64,000 nucleotides of DNA from an uncultured Ignavibacteriales bacterium. Its GTDB lineage: Bacteria > Zixibacteria > MSB-5A5 > GN15 > FEB-12. Of this stretch, positions 18,541 to 28,567 are shown piece by piece. The position numbers were made by a program, and so were the translations under genes. Below the pieces are notes generated by a model. It searched no databases, was not told the origin of the DNA, and worked only from the letters and a program-made list of their open reading frames with translations. The stretch covers positions 124,001-188,000 of the forward strand of contig CAYXJN010000005.1 of assembly GCA_964464605.1 (NCBI GenBank). Reading direction: 5' to 3'. Numbering within the stretch: the stretch's first letter is position 1; every line of letters begins with the position of its first letter.

Positions 18541-19626
18541 ATGGCTGACGAAAAGAATTTCGAAGAACGTACCGAACAAGCCTCGGCCAGACGACGCGAG
18601 AAAGCGCGTGAAGAAGGTCATGTTGCCAAATCTCAGGATTTGACCGGTGCGTTTCTGTTATGCGTCGGCGTGACTACGCTGCTCATTCTTGGCCCGTCAC
18701 TCGGTACGCAGCTTGGTGATTTAATCAAATACAATATGGCCAACGCGCCGTTTCTGGCGCAGCGGGTCGGTACGAATTTGACCGGCTTGTTCTCGGATGC
18801 GACCATGCAGTTCTTTTTGATCCTTGCGCCGTTTTTTGGCGTGATGGTCATCGCGGCAATTGCTGCGAACGTTGCACAGGTCGGATTCCATATTACTCCG
18901 AAGGCATTGCAATTGAAATGGGAACGCCTTGATGTTATGAAAGGCTTCACCCGTTTATTCTCGCTTCGCTCGTTTGTTTCACTCATCCGTGACTGTATCA
19001 AAATTCTCATTATCGGGCTTGTCGCCTGGTACGCGATTCATGGACAGTGGAATCAGTTTTTCGCATTAGCTGATATGTCAGTCGGGCAGATGATCACCCA
19101 ATTGGGAAGCATGATCGGTGTGCTCGCGCTGAAAATCGGCGGTGCGTTCTTAGCTATCGCGCTTTTGGATTATCTTTATCAGCGCTGGGAGCATGAACGC
19201 TCGATCAAAATGTCCAAGCAGGAACTCAAAGAAGAACATAAAGAAACCGAAGGTTCCCCGCAGGTTAAAGCGCGTATTCGTCAGGTGCAGCGTGCCATGC
19301 TGCGTCAGCGGATGTTGACCGCCGTTCCGAAAGCGGATGTGGTTATCACCAACCCGACCCATATCGCGGTTGCGCTCCGCTACAATCAGGATGAAATGGC
19401 GGCGCCGTATGTCATCGCAAAAGGTGAACGTCTGCTGGCGCAGCGTATTAAAGAAATCGCACGCGAACATAATGTTCCGGTTATCGAAGACAAGCCGCTT
19501 GCTCGTGCCTTATTCAAAATTTGTGAAGTCGGCCAGATGGTACCGGCCAATCTCTATCGCGCCGTTGCCGAAATTCTCGCCTACGTCTACCGCCTGAGAG
19601 GGAAGGGGGTAGCCAGCAATGGCTGA
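18541..19626 (+). CDS. flhB: Flagellar export switch protein
   Basis: ERTEQAS..KAREEG, KMSKQELKEEHKETEGSP, NPTH autocleavage motif. Confidence 0.97.
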   Translation: MADEKNFEERTEQASARRREKAREEGHVAKSQDLTGAFLLCVGVTTLLILGPSLGTQLGDLIKYNMANAPFLAQRVGTNLTGLFSDATMQFFLILAPFFGVMVIAAIAANVAQVGFHITPKALQLKWERLDVMKGFTRLFSLRSFVSLIRDCIKILIIGLVAWYAIHGQWNQFFALADMSVGQMITQLGSMIGVLALKIGGAFLAIALLDYLYQRWEHERSIKMSKQELKEEHKETEGSPQVKARIRQVQRAMLRQRMLTAVPKADVVITNPTHIAVALRYNQDEMAAPYVIAKGERLLAQRIKEIAREHNVPVIEDKPLARALFKICEVGQMVPANLYRAVAEILAYVYRLRGKGVASNG

Positions 19627-21697
19627 TGATCGCTCCTTGCTGCGTACCCTGAGTCAGCGTTCTGATATCGTCCTCGCTTTGGGTGTTGTCGCCATTTTGG
19701 CGGTGCTCATTATTCCGATTCCGACTCCGCTGTTGGATTTCGCGCTCGCGTTTAACATCACCTTCTCGCTGATCGTTTTATTGACCACGCTGTATGTGCG
19801 CAAGCCGCTTGATCTCTCGGTTTTCCCGAGCATGCTCTTAATTCTCACGCTTTTGCGTCTTGCACTAAACGTCGCTTCAACCCGAATGATTCTGGGTGAA
19901 GGGTATGCCGGTGAAGTTATCAATTCATTCGGTAACTTCGTTGTTCAGGGGAATTATGTGGTCGGAATGATCGTATTCGTCATTCTGGTCATTATTCAGT
20001 TCGTCGTTATCACCAAAGGCGCCGGCCGTATTTCGGAAGTTGCCGCACGATTTACATTGGATGCTATGCCCGGCAAACAGATGGCGATTGATGCCGATCT
20101 GAATGCCGGGCTCATCAATGAAACGGAAGCTCGCCGCCGTCGTGAAGAGATCGCTCATGAAGCGGATTTCTACGGCGCGATGGATGGTGCTTCCAAGTTC
20201 GTTCGCGGTGATGCGATTGCCGGTATTCTTATCGTTCTTATCAACGTATTCGGCGGGTTCATCATCGGCATGGCTATCAATGATATGCCGATGATGGAAG
20301 CGCTGAAGACCTACACCCTGCTTTCTATCGGTGATGGTCTTGTTACGCAAATTCCCGCACTTTTGATTTCAACTGCCTCAGGTATCATCGTTACCCGCGC
20401 TGCTTCATCCGAAAATATGGGCAGCGATATGGCGCGTCAGCTGACTCGTCAACCGCGCGCGATCATTATCGCCGGTGGTATGCTGCTTGTATTCGGGCTG
20501 CTCCCCGGTATGCCGACGTTGACTTTTATGCTTATCGGCGGTGCGGTCAGCGGTATCGGATTTTTGACTAAAGATTCCCGCGCCAAACGCTTGCATGAGC
20601 AGCAACAGTTGGAAAAACAGAAAGATACCGGCAAACGTCCGGCTGAACCGCGCACGGAAGATTTACTCAAGATCGATCAGCTTTCGTTGGAAATCGGATA
20701 CGGTTTATTGCCGCTCGTTGATACCAACCAGGGTGGGGACTTGCTGAATCGCATTACGCAGATTCGTAAAAGCATTGCTTCAGAGCTGGGCATCGTCATG
20801 CCGCCGGTGCGTATTCGTGACAATGTCCGTTTAAAACCGAACGAATATCAGATCAAAGTTAAAGGGATTCGTGTCGGTGGTTCCGAACTGATGCTCGACC
20901 ATGTCATGGCGATCAACCCCGGATTCCTACATGACCGCCTTGACGGCTTTGAAACGCATGAACCGGCCTTCAAACTGAATGCAACCTGGATTCTGCCGAA
21001 ACTGCGCGATATCGCCGAAACGAAAGGGTTCACCGTTGTTGAACCGTCTTCGGTTGTTGCAACACACCTTACCGAAATCGTCCGCACCTATTCACAGGAG
21101 TTGTTGAACCGTCAGGATGTCCAGAAACTTATCGACACTCTCAAAGAAGATTATCCGGCATTGGTCGATTCAGTTATTCCGGATACGGTGCCGCTTGGTG
21201 TTTTACAGAAAGTACTGCACGCCTTGCTGCGTGAACGAATCGCTATCCGTGATCTGGCGACGATAGTCGAAACGATTGCCGATTACATTGGCGCGACCAA
21301 AGAGCCGGATGTGCTCAGTGAATATGTCCGTATGTCGCTCAAACGGCAGGTAACGGATATGTACAAGGACAACACTGGACGCATCCATGTGTTCACGATC
21401 GATCCGGCGGTTGAACAGACATTAGCTGAATCAATTCAAAATACCAAGCAGGGTTTAGTGCTCGCGCTTGATCCGCAGGTGTCGGACAAACTGCTTGCCA
21501 GTATCGGTGCGCAAATCAAGAAGATGCACACGCGGCAGGAAACGCCGATTTGTATCTGCTCGCCGAATGTCCGCCTTGTGCTCAAACGCTTGGTTGAACC
21601 GACATACCCCGGTCTGATTGTCATCTCATACAACGAAATACTGCCGGACACGGAATTGATTTCATCAGGAATGGTAGGAATCCACGATGATAATTAA
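19619..21697 (+). CDS. flhA: Flagellar export apparatus protein
   Basis: RISEVAARFTLDAMPGKQMAIDADL, FYGAMDGASKFVRGDAIAG. Confidence 0.98.
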   Translation: MADDRSLLRTLSQRSDIVLALGVVAILAVLIIPIPTPLLDFALAFNITFSLIVLLTTLYVRKPLDLSVFPSMLLILTLLRLALNVASTRMILGEGYAGEVINSFGNFVVQGNYVVGMIVFVILVIIQFVVITKGAGRISEVAARFTLDAMPGKQMAIDADLNAGLINETEARRRREEIAHEADFYGAMDGASKFVRGDAIAGILIVLINVFGGFIIGMAINDMPMMEALKTYTLLSIGDGLVTQIPALLISTASGIIVTRAASSENMGSDMARQLTRQPRAIIIAGGMLLVFGLLPGMPTLTFMLIGGAVSGIGFLTKDSRAKRLHEQQQLEKQKDTGKRPAEPRTEDLLKIDQLSLEIGYGLLPLVDTNQGGDLLNRITQIRKSIASELGIVMPPVRIRDNVRLKPNEYQIKVKGIRVGGSELMLDHVMAINPGFLHDRLDGFETHEPAFKLNATWILPKLRDIAETKGFTVVEPSSVVATHLTEIVRTYSQELLNRQDVQKLIDTLKEDYPALVDSVIPDTVPLGVLQKVLHALLRERIAIRDLATIVETIADYIGATKEPDVLSEYVRMSLKRQVTDMYKDNTGRIHVFTIDPAVEQTLAESIQNTKQGLVLALDPQVSDKLLASIGAQIKKMHTRQETPICICSPNVRLVLKRLVEPTYPGLIVISYNEILPDTELISSGMVGIHDDN

Positions 21698-22838
21698 GTC
21701 ATTCAGCGCCGAATCCGCTGCCGCTGCTCTCAAAAAAGTTCGTGAAGAACTTGGCGGTGAAGCAATCGTGCTTAAAACCCGTCAATTGAGCAACAACCGG
21801 CTCGGCATGCAGGTAGAAGTAACCGCTTGTCTGGAAAAACCGTCCGTCGCTGCTACCTCAAAAGCATTACAGCCTTCTGTCACAGCTTCCGAACAGCAAG
21901 CGACGCCGACTTCTCATAATCGCATTGAGGCGATTACAGCCAATACCGAAACCAACAATGAAATTCCGAACGGTAATTACCGCCAGGTTTCCAATCGCTT
22001 AGAACGGATGGAAATGAAGCTCAACAGCCTGTTGGGTGTTTCACTTCGTCAAACCGGTAAAGCGAATATCGCCGACCAGCTCTGGACCGTTCGCACACAA
22101 TTAGAAAATGCGGATGTTCCGACTCCGATTGCCGAACGCTTCATGTCGGAACTTTACATCAAAGTCGCGGATAATGAAGATGTCAGCGCCATCGCCGAAG
22201 AACTGCTTCACGCAAAATTAGAAAAACTGATTGATACCAAACTGTCATTCAAAGCGGGTGACCGCGTGATGGTGCTCGGCGCTGTTGCTGTTGGGAAATC
22301 CTCTTTGCTTGGTAAAATCGCGCTCAAACTGGTTGCCGATCAGAAACTGTCTTCCACACTGACGACGCTTGATGATTTAAAAATCGGCGCGCAGGAAGAA
22401 GTTGCAACCTACGCCGATGCGCTCAATCTGACCCTCGCCAATCTCAACAATGAAGCGGTTGATTCATCCAAATTCAAAAAAGGTGTTTTGTTGATCGATA
22501 CTCCGGGTTTGCAATCAAGCACGGAAAGTATTACAGCCGTCAAAAACGGAATCGAAAAACTCACCCCGAATTATCGCATCGCCGTCATATCAGCGCTTCA
22601 TCGCGCAAGTGATATCAAAGTCCAGTTGGATGCTATCAAGCAGTATCAGCCGACGCATCTCGCGGCGACAATGCTTGATCTCACTACCCGTTACGGAACG
22701 ATTCTTGCCGCGGCGGAAACACTGAATTGCCCGATCGCTATTATCACCGACACACCCGGCGGCATGGGAACCATGCAGACGCCGAACAGCTCACGATTGA
22801 TTTCAGGATTGCTTTTAGAGGAGGGAAACGATGAATAA
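21687..22838 (+). CDS. flhF: FlhF-like SRP-family GTPase (divergent motifs)
   Basis: N-terminal IKSF..ALKKVREELGGEAIVLKTR, P-loop GAVAVGKSS, LLIDTPG; lies between flhA and flhG. Confidence 0.85.
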   Translation: MIIKSFSAESAAAALKKVREELGGEAIVLKTRQLSNNRLGMQVEVTACLEKPSVAATSKALQPSVTASEQQATPTSHNRIEAITANTETNNEIPNGNYRQVSNRLERMEMKLNSLLGVSLRQTGKANIADQLWTVRTQLENADVPTPIAERFMSELYIKVADNEDVSAIAEELLHAKLEKLIDTKLSFKAGDRVMVLGAVAVGKSSLLGKIALKLVADQKLSSTLTTLDDLKIGAQEEVATYADALNLTLANLNNEAVDSSKFKKGVLLIDTPGLQSSTESITAVKNGIEKLTPNYRIAVISALHRASDIKVQLDAIKQYQPTHLAATMLDLTTRYGTILAAAETLNCPIAIITDTPGGMGTMQTPNSSRLISGLLLEEGNDE

Positions 22839-23691
22839 CCTTCGTCACCCCGCAGCCAATTCCGGCCGGCCGCAGCCGCTGATTATCTCCGTGCTCTCCG
22901 GTAAAGGTGGAGTTGGAAAATCGGTAATCGCCTACAATCTCGGCGTTGCCTTAATGCAGCGCGGTAATCGGGTACTCTTAGTTGATGCCGATCCGACCTG
23001 TGGCAACTTGCATATGCTCGCCAACTGCTCACCGTCACATGGCATTCATGATGTCATCTCCGGTGACCGCACCGTCTCACGTGCTGTAACGCCGCATCTT
23101 GCCTCACTCGATCTGTTAGCCTCTCCGCCCAACCCGGCGACAGTGGATGGATATAGCGTAACCTCCGCCGCGATGTTCATGCAGCAGCTGCATGATCAAA
23201 CCGGCAGCTACGATGTCGTCGTGCTTGATCACACCTCCGGTATTTCAAAACCGGTAACGGTGATGGCGCATGCCTCGCATATCAATCTGTTGGTTGTCGT
23301 TCCGGAATTAACGTCGATAGCCGATGGCTACGGATTATTCAAGTATCTGATCGATACACATCAGTCGATGGATTGCCGGTTGTTTATCAACCGAGTCCGT
23401 ACGGCTGATGAACCGGAATACATCTACGCAAAATTCAAAACCCTTACCGAACGGTTTTTGGCCACCTCACCTCAGTTCATCGGCAGCCTGCCGGAATCCG
23501 AGGAAATCCAGGCCGCCGTTGCCGCGCAGCGTTCAGTTCTGTTGATGTCGTCTGAAGCTGTTGTAGGGCAGTCATTTATGCGGCTTGCCGCCAACCTACT
23601 GCCGAACGTTCAAATGAACCGTTTGGCAGGCCTAACTCACGAAAAGTCAGATAGTTATAAAACACCGGCCACGGCCGATATAAGGATGTAG
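22831..23691 (+). CDS. flhG: FlhG/FleN MinD-like ATPase
   Basis: SGKGGVGKS, VLLVDAD, PELTSIADGY; lies between flhF and fliA. Confidence 0.9.
   Translation: MNNLRHPAANSGRPQPLIISVLSGKGGVGKSVIAYNLGVALMQRGNRVLLVDADPTCGNLHMLANCSPSHGIHDVISGDRTVSRAVTPHLASLDLLASPPNPATVDGYSVTSAAMFMQQLHDQTGSYDVVVLDHTSGISKPVTVMAHASHINLLVVVPELTSIADGYGLFKYLIDTHQSMDCRLFINRVRTADEPEYIYAKFKTLTERFLATSPQFIGSLPESEEIQAAVAAQRSVLLMSSEAVVGQSFMRLAANLLPNVQMNRLAGLTHEKSDSYKTPATADIRM
23655..23681 (+). promoter_or_regulatory. Putative sigma-28 promoter inside the flhG 3' end, directed at fliA
   Basis: TTAT-N15-GCCGATAT ending 14 bp before the fliA ATG. Confidence 0.45.
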
Positions 23692-23695
23692 CAGC

Positions 23696-24571
23696 ATGAC
23701 AAGTGCGGTGAAACATGAGCCGACCAAAAAAGGGACGGCAAAACTTGAGCGGATTTCAGTTTCGGTCGCGGAACCTGAAGAGAAAGCTAAACGCCCCAAG
23801 AAATGGGAAGTGACCGAAGCGGATTGGGCACGCTACAAAAAGCACAAGACGCATGCCATTCGGCAGAAACTCTTGAGCAAGTATGTACCGCTGGTGCGTA
23901 ATGTCGCAACGCGTATGGCGATGGGATTTCCGCGCTCGGTTGAATTGTCGGATTTAATTAATACCGGTGTGATCGGTTTGATCGAGGCCTTCAAAAACTT
24001 CGATCCGTCACGCGGTGTGAAATTTGAAACGTATGCTGTTCCGCGCATTCGCGGCGCGATTTTAGATGAACTCCGCGCTTTGGACTGGGTACCGCGTTCC
24101 ACGCGCGCCCGTTCCCGCGAAATAGATCGCGCTACCAATGCGCTTGAAAGCGCGCTGGGTCGTCCGCCCGAACAGGAGGAGTTGGCCAAACATATGAAGA
24201 TCAGCGTCAACGAACTGCATGTTGCGCTCGATGATGTGTCCGGCACGACTATTCTCTCGCTCGATGAAGTTGTCTTCCGTGAAGATGACAACCGTCAGGT
24301 TGCCCGTATCGAAACCGTTATCGACAGCACGATGCACAGTGTTCTCGGTGAAATTGAAAAGGGAGAACTCAGATCGTTTTTAGTCGTCGCTATCGACCGT
24401 CTGACCGAACAGGAAAAACTGGTGATTGCGCTCTACTACTACGAAGAACTGACGCTTAAGGAAATCGGCGAAGTGATGTCGATTTCGGAATCCCGCGTTT
24501 CGCAGATTCATACCCGCGCGGTATCGAAACTGCGAGGCATGGTGCGTGAACGGTTTGCCTTAACCGGCTGA
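23696..24571 (+). CDS. fliA: RNA polymerase sigma-28 factor (FliA/WhiG)
   Basis: KFETYAVPRIRGAILDELRALDWVPRS, LYYYEELTLKEIGEVMSISESRVSQIH. Confidence 0.96.
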   Translation: MTSAVKHEPTKKGTAKLERISVSVAEPEEKAKRPKKWEVTEADWARYKKHKTHAIRQKLLSKYVPLVRNVATRMAMGFPRSVELSDLINTGVIGLIEAFKNFDPSRGVKFETYAVPRIRGAILDELRALDWVPRSTRARSREIDRATNALESALGRPPEQEELAKHMKISVNELHVALDDVSGTTILSLDEVVFREDDNRQVARIETVIDSTMHSVLGEIEKGELRSFLVVAIDRLTEQEKLVIALYYYEELTLKEIGEVMSISESRVSQIHTRAVSKLRGMVRERFALTG

Positions 24572-24585
24572 GAACGGAAATAGAA

Positions 24586-24870
24586 ATGACTGATGCACCG
24601 CTTAAGCCCATCGATCGCACCACGGCAGATGCTTTTGACCGTGTGTACGCGACTGAACGTTCCTCGGCTGAACGGGAACGAATTCAGGCGGTCGGCAAAC
24701 AGAAAAAGAGAAAGCATGGTGAAGAACACCAGCATGCTGATCCGGAAGACAGTGTGGAAGTAAGTGGATTAGTAAACGAAGAACAGGAAGCGGAAGGTAA
24801 CGACACTGAAGAGCAAGAGAAAGATCAGAAACCATCAGGAATACCTGATTCACTCGATCTTCAGGCGTAA
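24586..24870 (+). CDS. Small acidic hypothetical protein
   Basis: Co-directional ORF after fliA; EDSVEVS and terminal LDLQA motifs resemble flagellum-associated small proteins. Confidence 0.55.
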   Translation: MTDAPLKPIDRTTADAFDRVYATERSSAERERIQAVGKQKKRKHGEEHQHADPEDSVEVSGLVNEEQEAEGNDTEEQEKDQKPSGIPDSLDLQA

Positions 24871-24887
24871 ATAAAGAGAGACAAAAC

Positions 24888-25289
24888 ATGGATGTGCCAA
24901 AAGAAATATTACTCGATGCAGCGATAAACGCAGTCGGCTATCTGGCCGCCGGCGCCGGGACGATTTTGTTTTATTCGATGTTTACCAAAAAGAATACAAC
25001 AAAACAGTCACCTGCACCGGAACAACAGACCATCGTCGCAGCTACGCCGGTAACGCCGGAAGTTCCGCGCGAAACCGGTCAGTTTGTGCCGCTGAGCCGT
25101 TTGTCGGTTCGCACGCAGGAAGCAGAAGTGCCATCCACACAAAAATTAGAAAACGGACAACGTGACCGCCAGGCAATCATGCGTATCGCGCGCGAGATGC
25201 TGAAAGCGGGAGCGACAGTCGAACGAATTCGCACCGTTCTGCCGATTTCGGCGGCGGAAGTTGCCTTATTAGCCAGAGCAGAGCAGTAA
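24888..25289 (+). CDS. Membrane-anchored protein with C-terminal HTH-like domain (DUF2802/DUF6115-like)
   Basis: N-terminal TM; C-terminal MLKAGATVERIRTVLPISAAEVALL. Confidence 0.55.
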   Translation: MDVPKEILLDAAINAVGYLAAGAGTILFYSMFTKKNTTKQSPAPEQQTIVAATPVTPEVPRETGQFVPLSRLSVRTQEAEVPSTQKLENGQRDRQAIMRIAREMLKAGATVERIRTVLPISAAEVALLARAEQ

Positions 25290-25306
25290 AGAAGGAGTTG
25301 TAGCAT

Positions 25307-26488
25307 ATGTCGCAAGATAGTCCTTTCATGTTATTTAAAGTCGAATGCCCGATCTGTAAAACGGTCAATGAATTTGAATCGGTCAGAGTCGGCGCTTACG
25401 TAGAAAACGGCCGTGATACCGACTTCTGTCCGCTGGATATCGTCTGGCGTCACCAGCGTTATCAGGCGTATAACCCGCTTGCCTTTTTCAGCGCTACCTG
25501 CACCAATTGCTTTTACACGCGGGAACTGACGACCAATTATCGGGAATGGAAGAATGATTCCAATTTCCGCACCTATCGCCTCAAAGCGATTAAAGAAAAG
25601 CATCTCGATCTGTTGGCTACTGCCGATTCGACTATCAAATCACTCGGAGAATCGATCGATTTGAATCGGTATCCGAATGAAACGGCCATTATCAAATTAC
25701 ATCTTGCGATTTTTGATGAACTGTTGGCAGAGCATCCAACCAAACTCGATGTCGGTCGTTTTTACCTCCGTATCGCGTGGGTGTTCAGAACTTTCACTGC
25801 CGGTGAAGCTACCAGCAGCAATGCGATGCATGGTTTAGTGCAGGAAGTTGAAAAAGCGTTCGTCGCTGCCCGCAGTGCGTTTTTGCAAAACGGAAACGCC
25901 GTCAACTCACTCTCCCGCCATTTTGCGGCGCAGTTTCATTCCAACAGCGTTCCGGCTGAACTGAAATCACAGTTGTTCCCGGTTCGTGAACGGTTTGAAG
26001 CGGAATGTTCTTCACTTGAAGACATCATCGCCAAAGGTCAGCAGGGAATGGATAAGATTGAAGCATTGCTCAATGAGTACCGTATGACCGCATTGGGCAG
26101 CCAGAGTGAAGTCGGCAAGTTCGGATTTGGGCAGTTTGCTTCGTTCAATGATTATCTGATTCAGTTAAAAGGTAAATGGTCCGGTGTTGCCACTAACGAA
26201 CGGGAAGCGCTTGAACACGCCGTTCACTGGTACAAAGCAGCCTACACCGACGCCCGCAATATCGCGCCGGGCAACCAGCAGATTCAGGCTTCTTACTTAA
26301 TTGCAGAATTGTCTCGTCGTATCGGCGATACCGATTCCGCCCGTGAATTTTTCAACACGACAATCAAAGCGGGTCAGGACTTCATTTATCGCAATCGGCA
26401 GGATCAATCCCGCACCGCGCTGGCCAGAAAGATTCTTGAACTGGCAGTCGAGCAGGGTCGCTTAAATCTGGAAACCGTTAAGCAGTAA
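25307..26488 (+). CDS. DUF2225-like Zn-finger/TPR protein with helical insertion
   Basis: CPIC..DTDFCP..YNP..CTNCFY, YLRIAWVFR, YLIAELSRRIG. Confidence 0.75.
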   Translation: MSQDSPFMLFKVECPICKTVNEFESVRVGAYVENGRDTDFCPLDIVWRHQRYQAYNPLAFFSATCTNCFYTRELTTNYREWKNDSNFRTYRLKAIKEKHLDLLATADSTIKSLGESIDLNRYPNETAIIKLHLAIFDELLAEHPTKLDVGRFYLRIAWVFRTFTAGEATSSNAMHGLVQEVEKAFVAARSAFLQNGNAVNSLSRHFAAQFHSNSVPAELKSQLFPVRERFEAECSSLEDIIAKGQQGMDKIEALLNEYRMTALGSQSEVGKFGFGQFASFNDYLIQLKGKWSGVATNEREALEHAVHWYKAAYTDARNIAPGNQQIQASYLIAELSRRIGDTDSAREFFNTTIKAGQDFIYRNRQDQSRTALARKILELAVEQGRLNLETVKQ

Positions 26489-26505
26489 ACAGGACGTATA
26501 CCGCA

Positions 26506-27255
26506 ATGCCATTGACACTACCACATTTGCCGCAGCCGCTCAAGGTTTGGGAAAAAATCGGAATCGTTGTCGGTGAAGAGCCGGAGTTCGGGCGGTATGT
26601 TTCCCGTATCGAAGACATTACCGATCAGGGAATCTTTATCAGCGCGCCGGAATTTGTGGATGGTTCCTCACGTTTACGCGAGGGAGTCGAAGTGGCAATA
26701 CTCTTAACTCGTGATGACGCCGTCTATCGTATGACTGCAACCATTACCCAGCAAATGCGAAATGGCGTGCCGACGTTTATGTTGAGCATTCCGCATTCTG
26801 TCGCCCGGGTGCAGCGTCGTCAGTACGTTCGTATCGATATTCATGAACGTGTTGACTATGCCGTACTCACTGACGGCTGGGATTATCGCCCGGTCGGTGA
26901 TGAATTTCAATGGCATCAATCCGTTACGGAAAATTTAAGCGGCGGCGGCATCATGCTGCAAACGCATGAACTGTTATCGGCCGGAGTATGTTTGATTTTG
27001 AAAGTGCCGTTGTTTGATCGGAACGGTTTACCCGGTGCCGTTGCGGCTATTTGTCGTCGCGCGACAACTCGGGAACATCATCCGCTTGCCGGTGTCGAGT
27101 TCATTACCACCAATCAACTGCAAAAGTATTTTACCACAGAGCAGATTACCCGCTTTCCGGCCGGTGTCAGCGCCTTTGACCGGATTGCTCAAAATAAACT
27201 GGTGAATTACGTCTTTCAGCGTCAAATCGATATGCGCAAGAAAGGATTGCTCTGA
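26506..27255 (+). CDS. YcgR/MotI-like flagellar brake (PilZN+PilZ)
   Basis: YVSRIEDI N-domain, QRRQYVR and NLSGGG c-di-GMP motifs, C-terminal LVNYVFQRQIDMRKKG. Confidence 0.88.
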   Translation: MPLTLPHLPQPLKVWEKIGIVVGEEPEFGRYVSRIEDITDQGIFISAPEFVDGSSRLREGVEVAILLTRDDAVYRMTATITQQMRNGVPTFMLSIPHSVARVQRRQYVRIDIHERVDYAVLTDGWDYRPVGDEFQWHQSVTENLSGGGIMLQTHELLSAGVCLILKVPLFDRNGLPGAVAAICRRATTREHHPLAGVEFITTNQLQKYFTTEQITRFPAGVSAFDRIAQNKLVNYVFQRQIDMRKKGLL

Positions 27256-27256
27256 G

Positions 27257-28021
27257 ATGTCCACAGAAATTCCGATCAGCGAGAATCCGCTTCAGTTGGA
27301 TCTTTCCGAATTGGATATGGCGTCACAGGTCGGGAAGGATATTGTTATCCATTCCGAGCAGTTTCACGGCAAACCGCTGAAAAGTCGTATTACCGCAACG
27401 CATGAGAATAGTTTTGCCATCGACCGCGGCGGAAGCGGCGGGATGGTTGATAATCTGGTACATAATCAGATAGTAACCGCTCAGATTGAATACAAGGGAG
27501 AGCCGCTTGCACTTCGCGCGCAGCTGAAACGAAATCAAGGCGGTAAATGCATTCTGATTTTGCAGGATAAAGCAATTCCGCTTACCCGTCGCCGTTTTAT
27601 CCGTATTCCATCAGCAGGAGTAGCGCGACTGGCTGTTTGCCCGACGGTTAACTTCGATCCGTCGCGTATGAACCGTTTGCGCTGGCTGGAAACTCCGGCG
27701 GAAAATGTTTCAAGCGGCGGAGCACGGATTTCACTGCCGAATACTATCGAAGCTCGCACCTTTCTGTTTATCAATCTGATGGTCGAAGAACTGGAATTGC
27801 CGGCGTTATTGATGGGCGTCGTGCGGCATTGCCATCGTTTGGGCAATGGCAGCTATTCAATCGGTATCGAGTTTATTGTCCGCGAAGAACGGCATCATCA
27901 TTTCTCAACGACTCTTGCACGCCGCTTGCCTCAGGCGGTGTTTCAATACTCCAGCGTTGATCGGGATACAGAAAACCAACGCTTAATCACATGGATGAAT
28001 ACGAATAAGACAATGGAATGA
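27257..28021 (+). CDS. PilZ domain protein (PilZN-like+PilZ)
   Basis: RRRFIR and NVSSGG motifs, GIEF. Confidence 0.82.
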   Translation: MSTEIPISENPLQLDLSELDMASQVGKDIVIHSEQFHGKPLKSRITATHENSFAIDRGGSGGMVDNLVHNQIVTAQIEYKGEPLALRAQLKRNQGGKCILILQDKAIPLTRRRFIRIPSAGVARLAVCPTVNFDPSRMNRLRWLETPAENVSSGGARISLPNTIEARTFLFINLMVEELELPALLMGVVRHCHRLGNGSYSIGIEFIVREERHHHFSTTLARRLPQAVFQYSSVDRDTENQRLITWMNTNKTME

Positions 28022-28036
28022 AAGGATAGAAAGACA

Positions 28037-28567
28037 ATGAAACACGCGACACGCACCAAGTATTTTTCCGACATTGACGTTCACGAGCGTCAGCAGCAAT
28101 CACGCCGACCGTTCCGCGTCGAACAGGACAATCAGCGTCGATTTGTTCGTTTGGAAATTTCCTCACCGATTGCACTGAAGAAAGTGAAGGACAGCCTTGG
28201 CGGATTTTGGCCGGAAGGAACAACTTATGCAATCGACGGAACGATTTTGAATGTTTCGCCGGGTGGTGTGTTGATTGAAACCGAGCAACCGCTGGGTGAA
28301 CATGAGATCGTTGCGATGCGGTTCACGCTGCAGGGAGATGAAGTTCTCGAACATATTCTCGGTATGGTAAAACGTTCGGAAAAGATGGATGATTTCTACC
28401 TTTCCGGTATCGAATTCATTAACCGTGGTCATCTGGAAGACAAATTGTCGCAGGGTGAAATTGATATGCTGTCTGACAAGCTCGTCAATTTTCAGGAAAT
28501 GGTGCAGCAAGTGCTTGCCCGTTATATTACCAAGACTCGCTCCAGCGCGCAGGACGGACAAAAATGA
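28037..28567 (+). CDS. Single PilZ domain protein
   Basis: QRRFVR and NVSPGG motifs, GIEF. Confidence 0.85.
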   Translation: MKHATRTKYFSDIDVHERQQQSRRPFRVEQDNQRRFVRLEISSPIALKKVKDSLGGFWPEGTTYAIDGTILNVSPGGVLIETEQPLGEHEIVAMRFTLQGDEVLEHILGMVKRSEKMDDFYLSGIEFINRGHLEDKLSQGEIDMLSDKLVNFQEMVQQVLARYITKTRSSAQDGQK

